In this document: positions 8,260 through 15,435 of the stretch, in pieces
Numbering within the stretch: the stretch's first letter is position 1
Layout: the number at the start of each line of letters is the position of its first letter
Assembly: GCA_036149055.1 (NCBI GenBank)
Contig: JAYZQJ010000106.1
Coordinates: 1 to 43,338 of the forward strand
Length of the DNA stretch: 43,338 bases
DNA from: Myxococcota bacterium
GTDB lineage: Bacteria; Myxococcota_A; Polyangia; Polyangiales; Sandaracinaceae
Direction of reading: 5' to 3'
Notes under the pieces: generated by a model
The model's database searches: none
Seen by the model: only the letters and a program-made list of their open reading frames with translations
Told to the model about the DNA's origin: nothing
Translations under genes and position numbers: made by a program

Positions 8260-9032
8260 GCGTACCCCAGCACGAGCGCTCTGGCGAGCAGGTACCAGCC
8301 GTCGACGAGCACGAAGAGGAGGAGCTTGAACGGCATGCTCACCTGAGTCGGCGAGAGCATGTGCATGCCGAGGGACATCAGCACGTTGCTGACCACCAGG
8401 TCGACGACGAGGAAGGGGAGGAAGACGAGGAAGCCGATCTGGAAGGCCTCCCCGAGCTCGGTGATGAGGAAGGCCGGGAGCAGCACCAGCAGGTCGTCCT
8501 CCGCGACGCGGTCGCGCTGGTCCTCGGGGCGCGCGCGCCGGGCGAGGTCGAAGAAGAGCGCGGTCTCCCGCTCGCCGGCGTTGCGGGAGAGGAAGGCCTC
8601 GAGCGGCACCAGCCCCGCGCCGACGGCCTCGCCGAGCGCCTCGAAGTCGGACAGCGGATCCCGCGGGTCGACGCGCGCCGCCGCCGGGCCCGCCGCCTCG
8701 GCGATCTGCTCGCCGACCGGCGCCATCACGTAGAGGGTCAGGATGGCGGCGAGCGCCGCGATGACCGTGCCGCTCGGCACCTGCCCCGTCCCGAGCGCGT
8801 TCCGCAGGATCGAGAAGACCACCGCGATCTTCACGAAGCTCGTCGTGGTCATGAAGACGAAGGGCAGCAGGGTCAGCGCGCCGATCGTCAGCAGCGTGGT
8901 GACCGGCTGCGAGGTGGCGGGCTCGCTCGCGCCCTGCGCGTGCGCGGTGACCGCGAAGAGGAGCACGCTCGTGCCCAGGGACGCGAGCGCGAGGCCCCGC
9001 GCGATCGACGCGCATCCGGTCCGGCTCCTCAC
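8256..9032 (-). CDS. sctR: Type III export gate subunit SctR/FliP family
   Basis: TSFVKIAVVFSILRNALG, LLPAFLITELGEAFQIGFLVFLPFLVVDLVVSNVLMSLGM and PFKLLLFVLVDGW; N-terminal signal-peptide-like segment (TAHA). Confidence 0.88.
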   Translation of the reverse strand: MRSRTGCASIARGLALASLGTSVLLFAVTAHAQGASEPATSQPVTTLLTIGALTLLPFVFMTTTSFVKIAVVFSILRNALGTGQVPSGTVIAALAAILTLYVMAPVGEQIAEAAGPAAARVDPRDPLSDFEALGEAVGAGLVPLEAFLSRNAGERETALFFDLARRARPEDQRDRVAEDDLLVLLPAFLITELGEAFQIGFLVFLPFLVVDLVVSNVLMSLGMHMLSPTQVSMPFKLLLFVLVDGWYLLARALVLGYA

Positions 9033-9066
9033 GGCGGCCGAGCATCCCGCCCGGCCGGCGAGGATG

Positions 9067-10101
9067 TCAACGCGCGTTCGCGATGCGCGCCTCGGCGCGG
9101 CGGAGGGCGTGCACGATCGGGGGCTCGCCGGTGCGCTCGGCGTCCTCGAGCACGAGGCGCGCGGTGTGGCGCAGGGTGTCGACGAGATCGAGGCGCTCGT
9201 CCTTGCCCATGCCCATGACCGTGCGGCCGATGCCCTCGATGACCGCGCCCGCGCTCGACAGCAGGTCGGGGACGAAGGTGACGCCGCAGCGCTGGAGCAG
9301 GACGTCGACGTCGCGCCCGGTGGTGATGTTGTTGGCGCCGCCGACGATCGCCCAGGCGCGGAGCCGCGCTCCGACGTCCGGGCCGATCACGTCGCCGATG
9401 GCGCAGGGAGAGAGGAGGTCGACGTCCTCGTAGAGCACGTCCTCGGGCGCGACGACCTCGGCGCCGATCTCCTCGGCGACCTGCTCGGCGCGCTCCGCGT
9501 CCACGTCGGCGACGCGCACGCGGGCGCCGGCCTCCACGAGGGCCCGGGCGACCGCGGCGCCGATGTCGCCCACGCCCTGGACGGCGGCGGTCAGACCGCT
9601 GAGCCCGGGCCGCCCCTTCACGTCGGCGATCGCCTCGGCGCAGCGGACGACGCCGCGCGCGACCGCGCCGGTGAGGTGCGCCGTGTCCGTGTGCACGTAG
9701 CGCGAGGCCATCGCGGCGAGGTCGGCGTCGGTGGTGCCGTAGTCGCCGGCGGTCCGGAGGTCGCCGTCGAGCGCGTCGATCGCCCGCCCGAGCGCGGCGA
9801 AGGCGGCGGGACGCTTCAGGGCCGGGCTGGCGCGGACCACGACCTTGCCGCCGCCTGCGTCGAGGCCGCCGAGCGCGCACTTGTAGGTCATCGCGCGCGC
9901 GAGCCGGCACGCGTCCTCGGCCACCGCCAGCTCGGTCTCGTACGCCTTGGTGCGAACGCCGCCGGCCGCGGGGCCGAGCACGGTGCTGTCGAGCACGACG
10001 TAGGCGAGCAGGCCGTGGTCGGGCAGGTGGATGCGCTCCACTCGCTCGGGGCCGAGCTCGCGGACCCGCGCGGAGACGTCCTTCGGCAGAGGCGAGAACA
10101 C
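9067..10101 (-). CDS. Glu/Leu/Phe/Val dehydrogenase family (leucine dehydrogenase-like)
   Basis: LGPAAGGVR, LARAMTYKC, GGGKVV, NAD-binding VQGVGDIG, SPCAIG and GGANN motifs. Confidence 0.88.
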   Translation of the reverse strand: MFSPLPKDVSARVRELGPERVERIHLPDHGLLAYVVLDSTVLGPAAGGVRTKAYETELAVAEDACRLARAMTYKCALGGLDAGGGKVVVRASPALKRPAAFAALGRAIDALDGDLRTAGDYGTTDADLAAMASRYVHTDTAHLTGAVARGVVRCAEAIADVKGRPGLSGLTAAVQGVGDIGAAVARALVEAGARVRVADVDAERAEQVAEEIGAEVVAPEDVLYEDVDLLSPCAIGDVIGPDVGARLRAWAIVGGANNITTGRDVDVLLQRCGVTFVPDLLSSAGAVIEGIGRTVMGMGKDERLDLVDTLRHTARLVLEDAERTGEPPIVHALRRAEARIANAR

Positions 10102-10166
10102 CGCGGGAGCCTATCAAGCTCGGAAAAGTCTCCCAACGTGGATTCGTGGCTCTACATTTCGGGCGC

Positions 10167-10769
10167 ATGAATCCAGGGACCCAGCGCGCGCTCGACCTGG
10201 TCGGCGGCCACTGCGATCTCGAGGAGCGCCTCCCGCTGGTGCCGCCGAGCGCGCGCCTGCGCGGGGTCTGGTTCCGGATCCTCGAGCGACAGCTCGCGCA
10301 GCGAGATCTCCTCGAGCGCTACCGCGAGATCTTCCCCGGCCCCTCGCCGAGCTCGCTCGCGTTCCACCCGGTGGCCGACTTCCTGCCGCGCGCGGCGGTG
10401 GCGGGCGCCCTGGTCGCGGGCCCGGCCGGGCTGCACGACGGGCTGTTCGCGCTCACCCACGAGAACTCCGCCGGGTTCGCCAACACGCTCGTCGCGCGCA
10501 CGCTGCTCAAGTTCCTCGCCAACGATCCTCGAAAGCTCACCCAGCAGGCGATCGCGAGCCGACGCCAGACCACCACCTACGGCAGCTGGGAGGTCATCGA
10601 CTGGGGCGAGGGCTTCGTCGAGGTCCGGCTGCGCGAGGAGTACGTCTGGATCGAGTCGTACATGCGCGGGGCCGCGCACGGCAGCTACGTCCGCTTCGGC
10701 GAAGAGGTGCGCTCCGAGGCGAGGCTCGACGATCGCTTCCACGGGGTGATCCGCGTCTGGTGGCGCTGA
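10167..10769 (+). CDS. DUF2378 (TIGR02265-like, myxobacterial) protein
   Basis: DLEERLPLVPPSARLRGVWF, FHPVADFL, FANTLVARTL and TYGSW patterns typical of the family. Confidence 0.7.
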   Translation: MNPGTQRALDLVGGHCDLEERLPLVPPSARLRGVWFRILERQLAQRDLLERYREIFPGPSPSSLAFHPVADFLPRAAVAGALVAGPAGLHDGLFALTHENSAGFANTLVARTLLKFLANDPRKLTQQAIASRRQTTTYGSWEVIDWGEGFVEVRLREEYVWIESYMRGAAHGSYVRFGEEVRSEARLDDRFHGVIRVWWR

Positions 10770-10874
10770 TTCACGAGCTGTGAGCGAGCGCTCGGCGCGC
10801 CCCTCATCCGAAGCAGCGCACGGCCGTTGACGGCGCGCGACCCGCGGGGTGCGCGGGTGGGAGGAAGTGTTCAC

Positions 10875-12662
10875 ATGTCCGTTGCAGCGCAGGCTGCGCG
10901 AGGCGCCGAGGTGCGCGCCCGTCGCGAGTCGTCCATCCAGTCCGTCACCGTGAAGCGCGAGACGTCCGCTTCTCACGCGATCGTCGAGGCGCTCGTCGCG
11001 CGCGGCGTCGACACCTTCTTCGGCGTGCCCGGCGGTCCGGTCTCACCGGTCTGCAAGGCGATCCTGGACACGGAGGGCGCGCGCTTCGTCGAGTCGCGGC
11101 AGGAGACCTCGGCCGCCTTCGCCGCCGCCAGCTATCACCGCGCGACCGGCGCGGTCCCCGCCATCGTGGTCACCGCGGGCCCGGGCGCGACCAACGCCGT
11201 CACCGGGATCGCCAACGCGCACCTCGGGCGCGTGCCCCTGATCGTGATCACGGGCGACGTGGCGTGGGCCTCGAGCGGCAGGCTGCTGCTGCAGGACACG
11301 GGTCCCGAGGGCCTGCACATGGAGCGCATGGTCGGGCATCTCTGCCGGACGACCGTGCGCATCGCGAGCCCGCGCAGCGCGGCGACGCAGGCGCTGGCGG
11401 CGCTCGACGCGGCGACCGGCGCGGTGCCCGGGCCGGCGCTCTGCGTGGTGCCGATGGACCGCGGGCGCGGCGAGGTCGAGGCGCCGCCGCCGGTGGTGCG
11501 CGCCCAGCGCGAGACCCGCGACACGCTGCCGCTCCCGGCCGTGCACCAGGCCGCGTCGTGGCTCGCGGAGGCGGAGCGCCCGCTGATCGTGATCGGCGCG
11601 GGCTGCCGCGGTCACGAGGGCGCGGTGCGCAAGCTGGTCGACGCGCTCGGCGTCCCCTTCGTCACCACACCGCAGGCCAAGGGGCTCGTGCCCGAGACCC
11701 ACCCGCGGTCGCTGCGACACGGCGGCATGGCGGCGAGCCTCTGGGCGCGGGCCTACACCGCGGAGGGGGTCGACGTGGCGCTCGCGCTCGGCACCGATCT
11801 CGACGACGTCTCGGTCGGCCCGACGCCCTACGTGCGCGAGGGAGGCCGGCTGATCCACGTGGACCTCGACCCGGGGGTCTTCCACCGCAACGTGCCCGCG
11901 GCCCTGCCGGTGGCCGCCGACCTCGGGGCGTTCTCCCGGGCCCTCGCCCGTCACGCCGCGGCCCAGGGGCTGCTGAACCCCCGCGGGCGCGCGCTGGCGA
12001 AGGCGGCCCGGGACCGCTCCCCGTTCGACGTCGCCGCGCCCGAGGACGACGAGCGCACGCCGATCGCGCCCCACCGGGCGATCCTCGAGCTCGAGGAGGC
12101 CGCAGGCGAGGAGGCCCGCTTCATCACCGACATCGGGGGGCACATGCTCTACGCCCTCCACTACCTCACCGCGAAGCGGACCGATCGCTTTCACATCCAC
12201 CTGCGCCTCGGCAGCATGGGCTCGGGCATCGCCGGCGCGGTGGGCCTCGGCCTCGCCGACCCGACCCGCCGCGTGGTCTGCGTGTGCGGCGACGGCGGCA
12301 TGCAGATGAACGGCATGGAGCTGCTGGTCGCCGCGGACCTCGGGCTCCCGGTGGTCTACGCCGTCTTCAACGACGCCCGCTACAACATGGTGCACCACGG
12401 CATGAAGCAGCTGTACGGCGGGGGCGGCACCGACTGGGACACGCGCTGGATCGACTTCGCGGCGTGGGCGCGCTCGATGGGCGTGCCCGGCGTCCGGATC
12501 CACGCGCCGGGGCAGATCGACGCCGCGCAGCTCGATCGGCTCCAGGCCAGCGGCCCCGGCCCCGTCGTGCTCGACATCCGGATCGATCGCGAGCTCCAGA
12601 TCCGAGGCGCCGGCCGCGACGAGGCGCTGCAGCGCATGTCGGTCGAGGGAGGCACGTCGTGA
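10875..12662 (+). CDS. ThDP-dependent enzyme, acetolactate synthase-like fold
   Basis: FFGVPGG, catalytic Glu in SRQETSAAF, TAGPGATN, ThDP motif GDGGMQM...VFNDARYNMV; GGAGG SD before ATG 10875. Confidence 0.9.
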   Translation: MSVAAQAARGAEVRARRESSIQSVTVKRETSASHAIVEALVARGVDTFFGVPGGPVSPVCKAILDTEGARFVESRQETSAAFAAASYHRATGAVPAIVVTAGPGATNAVTGIANAHLGRVPLIVITGDVAWASSGRLLLQDTGPEGLHMERMVGHLCRTTVRIASPRSAATQALAALDAATGAVPGPALCVVPMDRGRGEVEAPPPVVRAQRETRDTLPLPAVHQAASWLAEAERPLIVIGAGCRGHEGAVRKLVDALGVPFVTTPQAKGLVPETHPRSLRHGGMAASLWARAYTAEGVDVALALGTDLDDVSVGPTPYVREGGRLIHVDLDPGVFHRNVPAALPVAADLGAFSRALARHAAAQGLLNPRGRALAKAARDRSPFDVAAPEDDERTPIAPHRAILELEEAAGEEARFITDIGGHMLYALHYLTAKRTDRFHIHLRLGSMGSGIAGAVGLGLADPTRRVVCVCGDGGMQMNGMELLVAADLGLPVVYAVFNDARYNMVHHGMKQLYGGGGTDWDTRWIDFAAWARSMGVPGVRIHAPGQIDAAQLDRLQASGPGPVVLDIRIDRELQIRGAGRDEALQRMSVEGGTS

Positions 12663-13711
12663 GGGCGGCGATCGCGGGCCTCGGCCTCTGGCTGCCCGAC
12701 GCGGTGCTCGACAACGACGCCTGGCCCGAGGGGACGGCGCGGGACGGAGACCGCACCCTCGTCGACGTCCCGCAGCCGACCGATCGCTTCGAGGCGATCA
12801 CGCGCCGGCACCTCGCGCGCGACGCGGCGGACCCGTTCCTCGGCGCGCGCCAGCGCCGGGTGGCCGAGCGCGAGGCCGCCTGGGAAGCGGAGGCCGAGGC
12901 GGGTCGCGCGGCGCTCGCCGACGCCGGCGTGGATCCGGGCGCGCTCGACGCCGTGCTCTCGTGGTCGATCGTCACCGACCGGCCGCTGCTGCCGACCGCC
13001 ACCAAGGTCGCTCACGCCCTCGGCGCGACGCGCGCCTGGGGCGCCGGGCTCGACGCCGGGTGCGCGAGCGCGATCACCGGCCTCGACGTCGCCGCCGGGC
13101 TGATCGAGTCGGGGCGCGCGCGCCACGTGCTGCTGACCCAGTCGCACCTGATCACCCGCGCGTTCCCCCGCAGTCACCCCGCCGCGCCGGGCGTCGGCGA
13201 CTGCGCGACCGCGGCGGTGGTGTCCGCGTCCGAGCGCCCCGGCGTGCTCACCGTCGAGATGGCGTCGCACGGCGAGCACTGGGACGCCGTGACCTGGGTG
13301 CGCGGCCGGGACGACGCCTCCGACACCCCCTGGTGGAAGGCCGGCGGCGACTACGGTCCGGGCTCGCGCGCGCCCGGGGGCGCCAAGACCCTGATGCAGA
13401 ACACGGTGCGCTTCGGGGTCGAGACCTGCGCCGCCGCGCTCGACCGCGCGCGGATCGCGCCTTCGGAGGTGGCGGCCCTGGCCTCCGTGCAGCCGCGCGG
13501 ATGGATCCCGGAGGCGATCGCGGAGGTCCTCGGGGTGCCCGAGGCGCCGACGACCTTCACCACGCTGGCCCACGTCGGAGGCTGCGGCGTGATCGCGAAC
13601 CTGCTCGAGGCGCGTCGCCGCGGTCTCCTCGACGGAGGGCGCCCCGTGTTGCTCTACGCGCAGGGCGCCGGCTTCACCCGCGCCGCGGCGGTGGTGCGAT
13701 TCTCGAGCTAG
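12659..13711 (+). CDS. KAS III/FabH-fold enzyme with non-canonical active site
   Basis: GTGA overlap with the ThDP gene; AIAGLGLWLP start, AGCASA catalytic Cys, GDCATA, VQPRGW, AHVGG, YAQGAGFT. Confidence 0.85.
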   Translation: MRAAIAGLGLWLPDAVLDNDAWPEGTARDGDRTLVDVPQPTDRFEAITRRHLARDAADPFLGARQRRVAEREAAWEAEAEAGRAALADAGVDPGALDAVLSWSIVTDRPLLPTATKVAHALGATRAWGAGLDAGCASAITGLDVAAGLIESGRARHVLLTQSHLITRAFPRSHPAAPGVGDCATAAVVSASERPGVLTVEMASHGEHWDAVTWVRGRDDASDTPWWKAGGDYGPGSRAPGGAKTLMQNTVRFGVETCAAALDRARIAPSEVAALASVQPRGWIPEAIAEVLGVPEAPTTFTTLAHVGGCGVIANLLEARRRGLLDGGRPVLLYAQGAGFTRAAAVVRFSS

Positions 13712-13785
13712 TTAGCTAGCCTCTCGTCATCGACGCGCTGATCGTCACGAACGACCGCGGGCTCGCGGACGCCATCCGGGAGACC

Positions 13786-15285
13786 GTGTCCTCGCGGTTT
13801 CGCGACGACGCCGACGGCCTGAAGGTCGAAGTGACCGATGGCGACGTCGCCCCGCGAGTGCGCGCGTGCCGGGAGGCGCTCGGCGCGTTCCCGCTCGGCG
13901 CGGTGACGCGCACCGAGGCCGACGCGCTCGAGGCGCTGAGGGCCGGCGCGGACGAGGCGGGCGTCCTGACCGTCGACCCGGGGGCGATCCACGCCTTCGT
14001 CGACCGGCTGCTGCTGCGCGCGAGCCTGCGCCGCGAGCAGGAGCGCACGTCGGCCGCGGTGTCGCACGCGGAGAAGCTCACCGCGCTCGGCACCCTGGTG
14101 GCGGGGATCGCGCACGAGATCAACAACCCGCTCACCGCGATCTCGCTGACCCTGGCCAGCATCGAAGCGCAGGTCCGCCCCCTCATTCAGCTCGCCGACG
14201 AGGCCCAGCGGCTGGCCGCCCTCGAGCGCGCGCTGCAGCCGGAGGAGCTGAGGGCGCTCGTCGGGCAGCTCGGCAACGATCCGCTGGTGACCCGCGAGGT
14301 GACCGGCTCGTTCGCGGAGATCCGGACGCTCTTCGACATGGCGACCGACGTCGTGCGCGATCTCCGGGTCTTCGCCCGGACCGACGAGCGTGAGCCCCCG
14401 GTCGTCATCGACGCGGTGGAGCTGCTCGACCACGTCTCACGGCTCGTCCGGCGCGAGATCCAGCAGCACGCCGTGTTCGAGCGGGACCTGCCGGCCGACC
14501 TGCCCGCCTTGCTCGCCCCGCGCTCACGGCTCGCGCAGGTGCTCACCAACGTGCTGGTGAACGCGCTGCACGCGGTCCGAGAGGTGAAGCGGGAGACCCA
14601 CCGGGTGCGCGTCTCGGCGCGCGCCGACGACGAGGCGATCGCGATCGCGGTGAGCGACACCGGCCCCGGGATCCCCGCCGAGCACGTCGAGCGGATCTTC
14701 GACCCCTTCTTCACCACCAAGCGCCAGAGCCTCGGCACCGGGCTCGGCCTCTCGATCTCGCGCAGCATCATGCGCGACCTCGGCGGAGACCTCCTGGTGG
14801 AGTCGGTGTACGGCGAGGGCGCCGAGTTCGTGCTGCTGCTGCCGCTGCCGGCCCCCGGCGAGCTCGCCCGGCACCAGCGCGTGATCGGGATCCCCCGCGC
14901 CTCCCGACCGCCCGGCCGCCGGACGATCCTGGTGGTCGACGACGACGAGCGCATGCTCCGGGCCTACGGCCGCGCGCTGGGGAACGAACACGACGTGGTC
15001 ACCGCGGTCGACGGCGAGGAGGCGGTCGCGCTCCTCGAGAGCGGCACCGAGGCCGACGTCGTGATCAGCGAGGTCGCCATGCCGGGGATGGACGGCGAGG
15101 CGCTGCACGGGTGGCTCGCGCGGGAGCGCCCTTCGCTCGCGCGCGCCTGCCTGTTCGTGACCTCGCTGCAGCCCGCCGACGCCAGCCGGAGGCGCCTCGC
15201 CGAGTCCGGCGCCACGGTGCTCGACAAGCCGGTCGACCGGCCCGCGCTCGTCGACTGGGTGTCCCGGATCGCCACGGGCCATTGA
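13786..15285 (+). CDS. Cytoplasmic hybrid histidine kinase (degenerate REC - HisKA - HATPase - REC)
   Basis: H-box LVAGIAHEINNPL, N-box QVLTNVLVNA, DTGPGI, FDPFFTTK, GTGLGL; C-terminal receiver ILVVDDD. Start uncertain because the frame is open back to 13720. Confidence 0.88.
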   Translation: MSSRFRDDADGLKVEVTDGDVAPRVRACREALGAFPLGAVTRTEADALEALRAGADEAGVLTVDPGAIHAFVDRLLLRASLRREQERTSAAVSHAEKLTALGTLVAGIAHEINNPLTAISLTLASIEAQVRPLIQLADEAQRLAALERALQPEELRALVGQLGNDPLVTREVTGSFAEIRTLFDMATDVVRDLRVFARTDEREPPVVIDAVELLDHVSRLVRREIQQHAVFERDLPADLPALLAPRSRLAQVLTNVLVNALHAVREVKRETHRVRVSARADDEAIAIAVSDTGPGIPAEHVERIFDPFFTTKRQSLGTGLGLSISRSIMRDLGGDLLVESVYGEGAEFVLLLPLPAPGELARHQRVIGIPRASRPPGRRTILVVDDDERMLRAYGRALGNEHDVVTAVDGEEAVALLESGTEADVVISEVAMPGMDGEALHGWLARERPSLARACLFVTSLQPADASRRRLAESGATVLDKPVDRPALVDWVSRIATGH

Positions 15286-15290
15286 CCTAC

Positions 15291-15329
15291 AAGCCCGAAC
15301 AAGGAGGCCCTACAGCCTCCTCCGGGCTT
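15291..15329 (+). terminator. Probable terminator hairpin closing the ThDP-KAS III-kinase operon
   Basis: aagcccg...ggaggc-cctaca-gcctcc...cgggctt immediately after the kinase stop. Confidence 0.45.
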
Positions 15330-15435
15330 TGCGCAAGCCACCCGACCCCAGGGTAGACTCACACGCATCGTTGCGCCCCGATCTCACCGCTGACAACGTA
15401 GGAGCTTCATTTCCACACGAGAAAGAGACGGTGCG

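Noticed and set aside
11264..12658. N-terminal part of the 815-aa ORF as a fusion to KAS III
   Set aside because: Off-frame shadow of the ThDP gene; the real start is GTG 12659 with an SD.
10875..12662. Calling the ThDP gene ilvB
   Set aside because: No regulatory subunit or ilvC nearby, and it is coupled to a KAS III-like gene.
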